Positions 1 through 14,865 of a stretch of 64,000 bases of DNA are shown in pieces. The notes beneath the pieces were generated by a model. The model worked only from the letters and a program-made list of their open reading frames with translations, was not told the DNA's origin and searched no databases. Made by a program: the position numbers and the translations under genes. Origin of the DNA: Trichoplax sp. H2 (lineage: Eukaryota); contig NOWV01000185.1 in assembly GCA_003344405.1 (NCBI GenBank), positions 62,001-126,000 on the forward strand, in the 5' to 3' direction. The number at the start of each line of letters is the position of its first letter. Positions within the stretch are counted from its first letter, which is position 1.

Positions 1-177
1 AATAGCATCTTTATTTACATCTACCTACCTGAACTATTATGAAATCATATTATCAAAGGCGTTATTATTTCAATTAATTGTATAGTTTATTAACTAATTC
101 TGTTGCTAGTTTATTCCCTAACTACCTCAAACAAGATAAAATTAGTCCGATGCCCTAATTATTTAATTAATTGTATT

Positions 178-1209
178 TTACGCTTGATTTATGCTATATG
201 CGTAAGATGTTGGATTGGCGATGTTGGCAGCAGCTGCTTTACAGCCGAGAAACAAATAGAATGCTCTCCTAATTTCAGGATTAAAATAACCGTAGATTAA
301 TGGATTAACAGCACAATAGGAGAAAGCGATACTGCGTAGAACCTGAACGTTAAACGTATTTAGCGATGCTACAAAGTTTCGCATAAAGGAATTATTCTGT
401 CCAATAGTAGAAGGAATGATAAGTACCATCGTGTTGAATATTATGGTTGGTAACCACGTTAGTAGAAAAGTACCAACCATAACAATAAAGGGCTTGGCTG
501 CACGTATATTTTTCTTACGTAAGCGAACATCATTATTAACCTCATTGGATACATAGTAGTTGCGATCAATATTTCGAATATGGCGAAAAGCAAGGATGCT
601 AATATAACCGTAGCAATACAACATGATCATTAAAGGTACAACAAAGATGATGATTTGAAAGATGATAAAATAGGCTATCTCTTTGTTAATTTGGTTATAA
701 GCGATGCGAACGCAACCATTAAAAATCTTTGGATTATAGGGGCGATAGGTGAAAATAGGTAGAAATGATATTGTAAATCCACTTATCCATATTCCGGTAA
801 CAATGATTAAGACAGTCTTCCGTGTTAATTTAACCGTTAAAGGATAGGTAATTAATAAATACTTTTCAATACCAACGAGACATAAATGAAGGTTAAGAAT
901 AACTAGGCAAAAATTTCGGAATGGACCAAATAAAGGGCAAAAAATATTGACCGATGCCTTGGAAATGATATTAAATGGATAAAGGAGACAGTAAAAGATA
1001 GCAAAGATGATGCAACCAAAGCACATGCTAGCAATGATGCTGTTATGATTAATTGCACGTAGACGTCGCCGTGATAATATAAGATAGGCTAAGACAGAAT
1101 TGGTTACTAAAGTGATGAAACCCAGTATTTCCATAAATATGATGAGACCTAGGTCATTGCTCAATAACATCTCGATCGTTGGTGTAGTTTTATTTGTTAT
1201 ATTGCTCAT
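178..1209 (-). CDS. Intronless rhodopsin-like (class A) GPCR, orphan; 343 aa
   Basis: Seven hydrophobic segments; TM1 Asn (VTNS), Cys at the top of TM3 (FCPL), E/DRY-like GIEKY, TM4 Trp, TM6 TWLP, TM7 NPLIY, helix 8 (NPEIRRAF); N-terminal N-glycosylation sequons NIT and NKT. Confidence 0.93.
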   Translation of the reverse strand: MSNITNKTTPTIEMLLSNDLGLIIFMEILGFITLVTNSVLAYLILSRRRLRAINHNSIIASMCFGCIIFAIFYCLLYPFNIISKASVNIFCPLFGPFRNFCLVILNLHLCLVGIEKYLLITYPLTVKLTRKTVLIIVTGIWISGFTISFLPIFTYRPYNPKIFNGCVRIAYNQINKEIAYFIIFQIIIFVVPLMIMLYCYGYISILAFRHIRNIDRNYYVSNEVNNDVRLRKKNIRAAKPFIVMVGTFLLTWLPTIIFNTMVLIIPSTIGQNNSFMRNFVASLNTFNVQVLRSIAFSYCAVNPLIYGYFNPEIRRAFYLFLGCKAAAANIANPTSYAYSINQA

Positions 1210-2195
1210 GTTGATTGATGATAACTATGGATAATAATGACCTAAAGGAACGATTAAATGTGACTAAGTCCTCGCTGATAATGGGAAAAATTCTAAACTT
1301 AACAGTATGGTTTTGAAGTTATTTTATGACGATTGAATAATGGCAACAATTCCAATCTTGGTCATAGAGAAAGGTATTAATGTTACACTCTTGTCTGCCA
1401 ACTAGTTTAATGAAGATGGCTTCCGCTGAATCTTGTTTTACCTCTCAACTTAATTCATACACTGTATAATAGACAAGATAGCATTTGATTTTAAAAACTA
1501 TCTCTTCTGTAACGTTAAGATGTTTCCGAAAATTCTATTTAGCTTCTAGTTTCAACCGATTGAATAATATTAAAATCGATTACACCTTTCTTCACGGAAT
1601 GAATCTTGACTATTTTCTTGACTTACTCAGTTATTTAATTTTGTCTTCAAATAAATTTAGTCTAGAAAGGGAAGAATACGGAAAGCACGATGAAGTAATT
1701 ATTATTCCTTCATTGAGTCTTTTTATACATATGGGAAGCAAGGATCTAACTTGAATCAGTTCTAGGCCAAGCACTTGACTTTGACAACTGATAGCTATAG
1801 CAAACTTGATAAAAATGGCAGGAAGATTTTCGAGCAGTGACGTAGATTCTGTCTTGATCAAGAACGATTATATTCGGTATTAGTTGTTGATATTTTACAG
1901 TCTTCTATTCTACTTCTTGAAGTTATCGCTCTTGTAAAAGGATCAATGGAATTGATCGACCTTTTATTTATTCCTTTGGAGTTGTAATTAATATGAGCAA
2001 ATGGTGTATTTTCCTTTCTCAAGTCGACGAATGTCCAATGCAATCAAAATTGAAATGATTTCGTACAGTGGATAATGGAAGTTGGTAAAGTGCCACGTTA
2101 ACCTAATTTAGTAACTATATTTGTTCAATTGTGCTATTTTAACAGGTCTAGCAAATGGTAAAATACTATCTATTAAATGAGCACATTATCGTAAA

Positions 2196-2227
2196 CCGTC
2201 AGCAAAGCGACGGGAGATTGCACTAGT
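2196..2227 (+). mobile_element. Helitron-type 3' terminus (hairpin plus CTAG|T), possibly a ~58-bp mini element from 2169
   Basis: CCGTC-agcaaagc-GACGG stem (2196-2213), then CTAG (2223-2226) and T. A possible A|TC start lies at 2168/2169 (TCTATTAAATGAGC). Confidence 0.4.
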
Positions 2228-5200
2228 GGATATTAAATTAAATAAAAAGCTGATTGGAAGGAAATGTTCAATTAACCCCACAGAGACCAAGGTTGTAAAT
2301 CTTCGACTAGAAAAGAATTCAAAACTGACAGCTTGTTATGCCTGTTTGACTTTTACGTTAGTAAAGTCCTCCAAAAATTTCCAATAAATATTGCCTACAA
2401 GAGAATAACTAATTATTTCTAAAGCAAGGGATAATTTATATCCAAGAATAGAATGTACTCTTGGTTTGATGTACACTGTCAACTGTTTTTTGTCTTTAAA
2501 TTATATATAAATAACAATTAAGGCTTAGATCATGAATAAATTAGATGATAAATGGTAAGCTAATATTTTCTTCTTGGAATAAAATATAACTTAATGGTAT
2601 CTCTGTTTTCTTCCTTGCCTAATATAGTAATTACTTTTCTGAAAAGGGGAAGTCAAACTTGATTAAACTGGGTGTTTTATTTCTTTTTTTCACAGCGATA
2701 ATGGGATCGATTTTATTTCTTTACTCTTTTTTTACGAAGACGAGATAATTGACCTTGCTTACAACAGTTATTTTGTTCGATACTATTCCAAATAGGAAGT
2801 TGATTGTGGTAGAGGAGATGAAACGATAATACCTGCCGTTAAAGATGATCAAATCATGGTTATTACTCAGCTTAAGCTCATATCCAAGTAAAAAAAACCT
2901 TAAAACTTTAACCAATTTTTCTAAAACAAATGCGTTTAATTTACAAATAAGTATTATTTGATTCAAATTTTAACTAATTTTTCTAAAAGTAATGCTTAAT
3001 CCACAAATTAATATTATTTAAGCGCTATTTCGTAAGGAGAAGAGGATGCGAATGCAAGTTGCTCAAATCGATGCGTGACTATGTTACAAATCATTCAATG
3101 ACATCTAACCATATCTTTCTTATAGCAATTTTTTAACTGATTTGCCCAATAATCATTCAATAGAATTATAACTTAAAAGACAAAGCTAGCCTACATACTA
3201 TCGAATTAGACTAACTTGCCTAATTTTACAGTTTTTCGTAATGGAATTGTAGCGTTTATCGATAGCTTTAACTGAACAGAAACTAGTATCACTGAAAAAG
3301 TAAAATTACGAGCTTTTATGCACGTACTTTGTCGATCGTTGAATCAATTTGTCAATTCTTTACTTCGTGTATTGCAATTCAGCTTTATCATTTAACATCA
3401 TTTGCAGTTAGCAATTTATCCCTACGCTAAGTCCATTTTTTCTGTACAATATAAGATGAAAATAAAATAACAAATACGTAAAAATGATGAACTACAAGGT
3501 ATAGACGTACATTGAAATGGATTTATTCATGAGTCGAAACAGTAAATATCAAAAAAATGATCTATCTAAGCAAACCTGGTATAGATGATGTATGATTAGA
3601 CTTGTATCATGAGAAGATTGTAATTAATCTTGGAAGGAGTGGAGTATAAGAAAGGAATAGTTTGAATATCAAAACGATGTCTGGGATAATGGTAGAAATA
3701 GACGATTGATTGTATTTATGTATAGAATTAGATGATAATTTCAATACATTAATATTTGAGTAAAGGAAGAAGTCATGATGTTTGTTTATAAATAGTATCA
3801 TCAATCAGTTTATTAGTTATGATCTCCAAGAAAAACTACATAATCCTTTCTATCGATGAATGATTTGATCCTTTAATACTTTAAACTCAAAAGGTAGCAT
3901 TTGCATGACTAAGAGCGAGGAAGTTGCAAAGCACTTGACAACGGTGACCCCCTACAGGTACTTGCTTTAAAATGATGACAAAAAGTAGGATTTATGATTG
4001 TAGACATAGAAAATAAAGTAATTGACAAATTCCAATAGAATTATACAATACACAACTTGATATTAACCAATAGATACTACTAACTAAAACAGATAGGGTG
4101 TTGTCAAGTTAAAATGTAACATTATACTATAATCATATTATGCAACTACAATAATATTAATAAATATCCAATGCAGCAATATCATTTTATTTGTTCTACA
4201 ATAAAAATTTTAATATCTATTACATTAAAACGTTGGATGATGATTATTGTCTTCCTAGGATGGATGCTTTTTGTTATTTTGTTATGTTTTATTCCAACTC
4301 GTTCCTATATCTACAATATCCACCCATCATCAATCATTTATCATCCTCAAATAAATAAGTTATCCTGCTTATAGCGTATTCTTTAATTTCCACCTCAATA
4401 ACAACAAAAGTATTGAAAAGAAAGCCTCTAACTATTATTCAAACAGCCAATATTATGTCTATTTTATGTCATGGAATAAAATGTTTACTTGAAATTTTCC
4501 TTATTATATAATTTATAAGGAGATTAAGTAAGCAACAAATACAAAAAATAATTCTTCCACATGTCAAATGTCTATGTGCTATAACATGAAAGCTTCAGCT
4601 GTGGATTTTATTTTTCATCAAGTGTTATTGCATAAATACTATTGATAACGAGCTAACCATAATTACTTAAAAAATAAACGACTTTTGTCCACATAATTTT
4701 TTTAAAGTCTAAACATGCATTGAACGTACCCAGTTATAATTAGCAGGTGATCATCACTATCATCATCTTACTGATCTAGTAAGATGTGAATACTTCTATA
4801 AATCTAACTTAATAATAAGTAAAAGAATGATTATACATGATTAGCCTATAAAATAAATTTATCTCTTCGAAAAAATCTCCATCTCAATAACAACCGGTCA
4901 AAGATATTATAATGATCAACAACGATAATGTAGTCACAAGTAAAATTACTGAGTGGCGAACAAAATAACACTATTATGCTGCCTTGAAATTAAATTTTAG
5001 CAATGTGTCAGAAATACCAGTGATGCCCATAGAGGTGTTATTAATACGATAAAAAGAAAAGCCATTCGAGAATATGACATTTATTGGTTAATGCTTATAG
5101 TACTTACGTGAAACCTTACTGCATATTGACTAGTTGAATCTGCAATATTATCACTTTTGTTTATTAAATAGGACAGAGGTTAGCTTAAGAGAAATTAAAA

Positions 5201-8200
5201 AGATAAAACTATTTTGAAACTCTGCTACTTATTGTTAAAATTAGAGTATTTAATATGATGCTTTAACGTATATTGCTAAATTAGATTTGTAGTATTAGCT
5301 GCAGCTTATCAATTAGGGTAAAAGTTAGCTTGAAAAGAATGAAATAAAATAGTTGGATATATTGGCGCCTATTTGTTTAGCTTTAAAGTATTTTATGTAA
5401 AATTTTACTGCACATTATATCGGTTTGTGAGGTACGTCTTTTGTATTTTAAAGACTTAGACTATTTAACTATACAGCGTAATTCTATCGTAAGTTGGTAA
5501 GTAAGATTTATAATCATATCGATACAGTTTTGTGTAGTTCAGTAAAATGACGTGGAATTAATGCTGACAATATTTTATACTAGTACGAATCATGATACTG
5601 TGATATCAGCAAAAAATAAATACATTGTCACGGAAATTTAAATATATTATCTGTCCAATTTTAAACGGTTTAATTGAATCTATCGATAGGATAGTAAGCT
5701 GAATTTATAATCATATCGGAGAAATGTTGCTTTCTAGAATAATAGTCAGCTTGAGAAATAGAGATGTAGTCCTAAAACGGCTTAGCGAGTTAGCAAATAG
5801 ATGCTACTATCATGAGTACGAGCAAGTATAACTCTATGCTGCGATAAAATAGATTTTAATTGTAACATTACTATTTCTTTTATAGAAATCGACGAATTCA
5901 CAATAATATTATCATCTACCAGAGAATGATAGTTATAATTTTTACATATATGAATTTAACCAGAGTGAACACAATTTAGATGCCAGTAATTTTTCTATAA
6001 TTAAAGGTAGTTATATGGACATTGATGTTCGTTATATAATATTAAAAATCAGTAATTATGGCTACATTCGCGAATTGATAAGATAAATAAATATTTAAAA
6101 AAACTAGTTTCAACTTTAATAGAAACATAGCGCTACGATTATTTTGTTATTGGTGGCTCTAGTAGCCATATCAAGAATATTTACTTTTTAACGCAGAAAA
6201 AACTGATAAAACCTCGCTAGCAATATCGCTTTAATCAGAAAATAAGGGGATGCCAGCATCACTCTTCGACACAAGCAAACTTAAAATATTATTCAATCTA
6301 TCTTGTATTGGAATCTTACATCCCAAACTAATCATTAATACATTATGATCCAAGGGAGAGTAAAATCGAGAATATCAAGATATTGTCTACAGAATGTCCA
6401 ATCAAGAAATTAACGATAAAGTTAATGATATGCAAGGGTTTAAAATTTCAATTACGCCTTAAAAAATAAAGCAGTTGGAGTTTGAGAATATTCAATCGTA
6501 GCTATGGCACTATTGCCTTTATTGTTAGCCTCAATTAAATTAAGTCCATTTGAAATGGTCTCCACCCAATCGACCTCAGCTGATCTTTGTCATTGCTCAT
6601 CTACTGCATGAAATCCGTAACTGGTACCAAACCTCACTGATGTAATTACTATTTTTAATCAGAAGGAAAAATTGTCTCTCAATTACTTGTTAATGAATTT
6701 GATGTAGTTGGTAAAGGTATTACAGTATAATTAGGCACTTATATGCTAGAAGGAAATCTTCTATTGTATCGCACAGAAATTCGGCCTATTACTTGCATTT
6801 CCATGTCTATAATATAGACTCCATAAAGGATGATTTTCGTCGGTCATATTACAAATGACATAACTATATTGATTTATATATTATTTTACGCGAATTATTG
6901 TATTTATACATAGTTTTAGATGGTTTTCATTAAGCCATATTTAAAAACGATCATCTATTTTGCTAGGCATTGATTAATGAAATCATGCAAAATGGATCAC
7001 CCTAAAATTTGTCTTTATATCACTAGTTTTCAAATGGAATTGATACTGATCTTATCTTAATAGAATTGTCTATTTAGGTTAAATTAATCCTTTTCTACTT
7101 GATAAATAAATATCTTATCGAATGATGTGAATAGAAACAATAGATTAAGCCAGTTTTGGGCTAAATATGGTATCCTGTAACATATAGCTTTTGTTTCAAA
7201 TAATATTATTAGGCTAGATAAGATCCAATTTATGGGTTGTCACTCTTACTAAATTATATTAATTGTATAAAAGTGATGACTTGAATGGCAGAGAATTATC
7301 AAAAATAAGATACTAATACTACCATTAAAAATGATATGGAGTAAGTTGTACGCATAAGTAAATAAATTATTTTATATCTTGCAATGAATCATGTAATAAT
7401 TATAAGACTCCAAACCTATTTCAAGAATAACTTGTCAGTTGTAAGGTTATAAATTGGCGCCATTTATCCATTTTTGATAAATAGCAGGCGATTTTAATAA
7501 GTCGTAAAACACGTCAATAATCAAGCTTGAAGGGCAAAAAAGGCAAGACTTTGGAATAGCGTTAGCTTTTAATATCGATTGTATGCAAACATACCTGACG
7601 AATGGATATTACTTTAAAGTATCCTTAGTCTACTATAAATTGAATTTGCTAAGCATTAAGCAATTGCACACCTTAAACATATCAGTTATCATCAAGGGTT
7701 TTATCTTTCAATAAGGATAACTTATTGTGCTCGATATAAAATTACTAGTTACATCCGTGTAGGATAAGGTTAGGGAATGTTACTATTTCTCAATTGCCTT
7801 TAAATTTCCGGCCTTGTTTATATGGTTCTGCTAAATGTTACTGAGATTGTAAAATATCAATTAGTTTATGTGATACCTAGGTTGAAACTATAGGTTGGAA
7901 AGTTTCCGCTTCCACTTTGATAGTAAGAGCCGAAAGATGTTAAAAAATGATAAACCCTTGCTGCAATAGAATTCAATCATTTTCTTGAAGAAGCTGCTGG
8001 AGTCTAGTCTAAGATAGTAAGGTTTACAAAATGTACTCCGGCAAGAATAAAGTTAACCTAGGAAATAATGTAAGAGGGAATGATTTGTCAGCGTAACATT
8101 TGTATTGGTGATATACGACTGTTTAGTACCACCAAAACATGTTATGGTTATTTAAAAGTTGGTATAGGACGTCATTTGAACCTTTTGATTAAAGTTTTAC

Positions 8201-10844
8201 TAACATGGGCACAAAGATTGTATGAATTACTCTATTTCAGCCAGTAACGTTGAATAAGAGGAGATTACTGTTAGTAGTTAACTAGTTACAATAATTAGTT
8301 TAACGATTATTACACAATATTATTAACTTGAAGTTTACCAAAGTATTACCAAATTTTAGAAACCGATAGCATATTTCAGGGCTAATTAGCAGTGGTCAAT
8401 CGATGTATCAGGTTAAAAGTCTTCATTTATAAATACTGTGTAAATTCAGTAGGATAACATCGGGATTATCCTTTGGTATCTGATCTACTTTAATCATGAG
8501 GATCTAATTATGATTTCTAACCTTCCTTATATATTGAGACTTTTGAGTTTATCCTAATTGTACATCAAATTTAAACATGACAAGTATGGGTAATTATTTT
8601 ATTGCTCTAGTGTTTCTGGCTGATTGAAATAAATGCAGCAATCATAGTCGATGTTACAACCCCATAAAATATCTAATTTCTAAACCTTAATTTGATGATG
8701 TTCGTTGTCACAATCAATAGCTTACCTGTCACTTAAAAATACTTATACGGTATCAGGTACGATTGAAATTGTATGTTTTGATTCCTATCTTCAAAAATTA
8801 CATCTCTACCTACAGATTATAGTGACTGATACGAAGGCAAATTATCACTATTGAAGAAAGGATTTTATTTAATTACAACTTTTATTACCATCACGTAATG
8901 GATGGTCACATCGTGGCTGTAATTTAGTGTAAACTAGATGCGGGTAAAGGATGAGTGATATTTATTTATGGTCCATAAATTTAGTCATCGTCAGAATGGA
9001 TTGAAAAAAATTGGCAACTTTTCCACCGTCCTAAATCGTGTATGTCTATCCGGTTAGTACTGTTGATAACTTACCTAGTTTAATGTCGCAGCTTTGTATG
9101 TAGTAGGACAAATAATGTAATAGAATTTAAATATTACCAAAATAGAGATCAAGTAGGGAGGCAAATTTCCAAGAATCAAAGTATAAATATTGGACATAAG
9201 GCAAATCCAGATAACTAGATTTCAGGCTTGATTATAGTTCCTTGATGCTACAATATCCAAGAATAATGACAAGAAAGGAAGGGGAATGATGAATAAAAGA
9301 TAACTAATGACTTATAACTATGCGCAATGACATAATATTAAAGACAAGTCTTCAGTGCTACCAAAAGTTTTCCACAATACTAATTTTTTACTTACATGAA
9401 GAGCAATGTCAGTTGACTTTCATCAATTTTTAAATAATTATTCTATTTATTGTTGATAGTATCTTGCATATGTTCATGTACTGATTGATTATTTGATATT
9501 CCATTATTAAGACAATATCCTAATATCATTTGAACATACTACTATTACACTCTGAAATGCAACTAAAACAAATAACGTTACCACGAGATGATCAAACGCA
9601 AGCCTCAATATGTGATAATTGTTATTATTGAATTTTTTTATTTGATTGTCCGATGGTTCTATACATTAATAGTTAATAAAAAAATCAAACTTATTAAGCA
9701 TCCATCATTGGATAACTTTGTTAAAAGATAATAATAGAACTATTCAGTGTTGGATTATTATTATATTCCAGCCGACAATTAATTTCCCTCATTACCCAAA
9801 ATGCAGAATAGTAAACAAATGAGGACATATTGATGGGTATTCTCTAGAATGAATATAGCTACAATATTCAACGGAAAGTCCTTATAGAAAATTAAATAAA
9901 AAAAATGGCATGTTGCTAACTATTTCTTTTCATAATTTCAATACGAATAATTTTTCTCTATCTTCTTGATTTGTAATCTGGTATCTGCAAACTTTAACTA
10001 TGCTACTAATAAAATTCATAATATAATTTTTTCTCACAATTTAAATTGTAATTACTATCTATGTCTTATATTGTTGATTTTTTATTTTGTTTTTCTATTA
10101 TAATGGCTAAGAGAAGTATAATTTTTATCTGATGATCTTTAAATAGCTATTCTAACTAAAATTTTATATTGATGGGAGGAGCTTAGATCAATTCGATTAG
10201 AAGTTCAGTCTAGCATAGCTTAACGGTAGTAGAAATGTTTAAAGATAACTTGATGTACATGAACCAAGCTTGTCTATCCTTAGGTCTAATTTTGGTTCTG
10301 GTAATAACTTTAAAATATCAAGCTTTGCAATTATTTCCGTTAGCATCTTTTCTCGATTGGTTAAAATTCATCGATTTAATGAATATTAAAGAAGGCATAG
10401 CTAGAATTAAAGTTTACTGTTTTCTAGTGACCATACCATGCTACTAACTAGTTTGTAAATTTACCTTTGAAAACTTCGCTTACTACGTAGAAAAATTGGA
10501 AAAAATGTTTTATTTAGATTTAAAATTAATTGAAGTATGTTCTTTATATAAATCTAATAGCAATTTTTAATCATTCAATTTGCTATTTCCTATTATGTTC
10601 AAATAACTTGATGTTAAAGTGATCTCATTATAAGATTAAAACAACTATGTTCATGGTGCACTAAGAGTCAGGTAATGCAGAGACCTTTAGTGATATTTCC
10701 TCTATTTCATGTTCAACATATTTCCAACATTTTTAGCTAGTAATTTGTTGAAAAGGTGTTAATATTCTCTACATTTTGATCTTTTTACCGTCTTCGATTC
10801 CAAGGCATCTATATTTTAAGTAAACTGAAGAAATGCTAGTAATA

Positions 10845-11240
10845 CTAAAATATTCAATACTATAAGCATTAATGGAGGAGAAAGGAATAAATTATAGGGC
10901 AGGATTATGACTCCGGTTTAATTGTTATCTAATCATACCTCTGCCATGTACTCTAATTATAACACGTAAAATTTTCTACAATAGTCTTACAGAAGTTGCT
11001 TTTAAATTATTTTTTACTCTCTTTTTCTTCTATTTAGAATTCTCTATCTATCATACTATTAGCATTAAAATTTCGATACTATAGCCATCAATGAAGGAGA
11101 AAGGAATAAATTATAAGGCAAGATTATAACTCAGGTTTAATTATTGTCTCATCGCATTTCTGCCATATAATCTAATTATAATACTTAACTTTCTCTACAT
11201 TGGTCTTATAGAAGTTGTTTTTAAATTAGATTTTGCTCTC
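10845..11240. repeat. Diverged tandem duplication, 2 copies, period ~219 bp
   Basis: The block GGAGAAAGGAATAAATTATA...CTCMGGTTTAATT...AGAAGTTG recurs; AAGGAATAA is at 10882 and 11101. Confidence 0.85.
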
Positions 11241-14200
11241 TTACTAGGTAAAATTGTCTTTCTATCGTTAGGTTGTCTACCGAAGACTATGGATACGATA
11301 AATGATATCAATACATTTGCTACATATTCATTAAATCTCTATTTAGTATAGAAGTTGTGTGATCAATATTTAAAATTCCAATATAAAAAACATGCTTACT
11401 CATTGTCTTTTTATCAATAGCCCACAATATAGAGAATCGTGGGACCAAACTAAAGTAGTGATCAATAGAAATAACTTTACGCTAGTCCATAACTTCCGCT
11501 ATGTTAAAAGACCTTTAATTTTAAGTTTATACCGGTGTTAATAAAATAGATCATAAACGAATACTTGCCTATTTCACAAGTCAAGGCGACTCTATTTCTA
11601 ATAGAATTCAATAAATCTCATTAGTGATATTGGAATAATTTCCTAACTGAGATCTCTGACGTATAAACCGTAAAAAAATGGAATACTTTTTTTGGTTCCA
11701 GTGAATACTTAATAATGAATTATTTTCGAATTATTTAAGATTGAACAGTTCTATCAACTTAATTAATTAAATGTAAGAATAAAAGTGTGAGTGCAGAAAC
11801 AAATACTTAATCTCTATCATCCGGCTTCACAAACATCTATATTTTATAAAATAGAATATGGGAAGGTTAAGATGGATATCCAATTTTACAAAGTATGCTT
11901 TTTGCTTGCTATCAAATTGTACTCGTAGTTTTGCTGTTTATACTTGTAGATGAATATTGATGGATTTAAAATTGTCCACTCACATGTACTGTAAATAATA
12001 ATATTGCTGTGGCATGTACTTCTATTTACCATTTATGCTTTTACAACTAAGGGTTGATTAATCATTCAATTGATCACTTAAATCGTCTCTCTCTTCATTT
12101 TTACTAGTACTATAGGTCAAATTATTAGTTCATCAATAGGCAGGATATTTGATGATTCTACAATATCGAGTAAAATTGCAAAAGAGGAAATCAATTTTTA
12201 ATAGCATCGAAAACAATTCCACCTGATAATAAATCGCTCAGTTTGAATTAAATATGATAATATAATTAAAAGAGTAAAATAACGCTTAGTAGGGCGAAAG
12301 CCAACAGGAGTCCTTTGTTAAATATTATCATCGTAGATTAATTAATATGTGAGGGCCTAATGGTAAAATGATCAATTTCGTAACAGATTACAGTAAAATT
12401 CATTTACTCTTTATTAACTTAACTTCGATGAATGAATGACTCAAGTTAAAAAAACAATATGATAGAATTTATTCTATTACGATTGAATCATTTTGACAAG
12501 CATCATAACGTTCGCATTTCTCAGATCAAAGTAATTATTATCAAACTATATATTTACGAATGTCAGATATATTTACTAAATAGTTCGAATATATAGGTTA
12601 ACAATACAAGTACTATGAATAAAAATTACTACTCTTTCGGTTAAAGTAAAGACTAAAAGCTTAATATATTTCAAATCGTAGAATAATAACTATCATGATT
12701 CCTAATAGCGAGCACATGCTGTATAGAAAGAGAAATATTACTCGAATCCAAACTGTTATGCTATAATAAGTACAATTTATCTCCTTGGATAAAGAAAATT
12801 TATCTTAGATGATTGTAACTGATGTTCTTGCCGTATTCTTGAACTATAAAGTTGCTTTAATTACTAATTGCTAGACAAATCTGGAAAATAATCATTACTA
12901 TAAATATACTCAAGTTGAAATTTAAGTTAAACAGTTAAAAATGGCGCCTTAGCAACAATCATTGTAATCCACATGCCTCCATAGTCAAATGAGCGGTATT
13001 ATTTTTTGCACTATATCAATTTCGACACGGCTAAAGAATAATTTAATTTTTGATTAATTGATTACGGTAGGATGTTGATATAACTACAGCTGCTTTACCT
13101 TTCATTCAACAATAATTTATTACTATGAATTTCGGTAAGTGCAATAGCCATATTATCTGAGATAGACAGCGGTATCACTTTAATGAATGAATTTGAATGG
13201 TTACAGTTCCGAATTTAAATTTTGTATTATTCAGCAATTGATCGAATGGTAGGTCAGATTAAAAATTAAAAGTCATTTCCGGCAACTTATAGACAGAGGC
13301 ATTGTGTGCATTTATAATTTTTTGGTTAATTGATCGCAATAGAACTTTGACCTAGAAGGTCTATAGCTATCTCTCGAGATATATTTCCGGAAAAATTTAG
13401 ACAGAAGTAGTACATGAGCTACTTTTGAAGTTAATTATATTGAAATAGCATCAGATACCTGCTATATGTTAGGCCTATATCTGTCAAGATGATTGCATAA
13501 CCTAATAAAAATTTGTCGTTAGTTAGAAATGAATAGTAGCTCGTATAAGATACTCATACGACAACTTGCATCTATTATTTCAGCAAAAAATCTAGCTTTA
13601 CTTCATTGTACTCTTCAAGTGTCTTCCATCAATTTGTTTAGTCTTTCATTATATCATCTGAAATAATGACATCTAGTACTAATTAATAATTTTAGCTGTT
13701 ACTTATTCTTAGATTTAGCTATTTATAACTCTATGCTATACTTTAAAATACGTTTGTGTGCGCATTTATCACGAGATCAATAATGATCAGAATACAATCT
13801 GACCTTTGAGCTGTCTTATAAAATCATAAATTAGGGTATGATTAATTCGCTTGCGTTTATCCGGAAATAAATTAGTTTTAAAATTCTAAATTTCCTAATA
13901 ATCTAACATATATTGCATTATTACCCGTCGCATTACAAGTACTATGATATCTTTTAATTGAAAAATTATTGTCTATTAAAGACTTTGCAATAAATCGATC
14001 ATCCTCAATTTACCTCTTTGCTGCAATCCTTGCAAGATAAAAAATGTCGGCCGTGAATCATATATTAATCTTGATAAGGCAGCTCCTATAGATAATTTTC
14101 TAATGAAGTCTTTTAAATTTGAAGCCTTCTATATTTATTGATGGGATTCCTGGGTCGACTAAGTTTTGGATTTGAACTCACTTCTTTCCATAACAGGACT

Positions 14201-14865
14201 TTTAATCGAATATATGATCCACCTCTGTATTTAAATACTTATATTAGGTTCGATAGATGATCACGTATGTTGAAATTTCAAGCATCTTTGCTTCTCTAAC
14301 TTATGATCGTATTACCTAGATAGAGTTCAATTTTTGTATTATATCGAAATTGGACTAAAATAGATTAGAATTAATCAAAGATAGAAACGAGAGGCTAATA
14401 TTTTTTGATAAACAATTTAATCTTGCATGTAATATTAAAATTACCATATAAATGTGCAAGCAATGTCGTAGTGATAGTCTCGATTTCATAGATCGTAGAT
14501 GATTTATAAAACTATCATTTGATGATATAATTTGCCAATGAATAGACGTTAGATTAATTTTTTTAATTTAGCTAAATCATTGAGATCGATTAAATATGTT
14601 TAGAAGATCTGTATTTTCCATACTTTTGTTTCCATTTTTTTCACAAAATGTCAATGCATTTAATTATATCACAATTAAATGGTGCAAAGAACTTAAAGTC
14701 TTTAAGATTATAAAAATAGCAAAGAGGAACCAAATTTTGAATTGTACTGTAGAGCGAAAAGAAATGCTTGATTCTGGTATACTGTAGTACTGCATATACA
14801 TCAGAGGTAAACCAGCACCACTGTGCAATATATGTTAGTCATCAAATCACAACTTGATAAATCTC

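Noticed and set aside
2721-14787. Scattered 60-105-aa ORFs in intergenic DNA (also at 15-25 kb, 46-54 kb and 60-61 kb)
   Set aside because: Short and I/L/F/K/N-rich as expected from AT-rich DNA, with no motifs or consistent splice structure; no tRNA or rRNA genes were recognised either.
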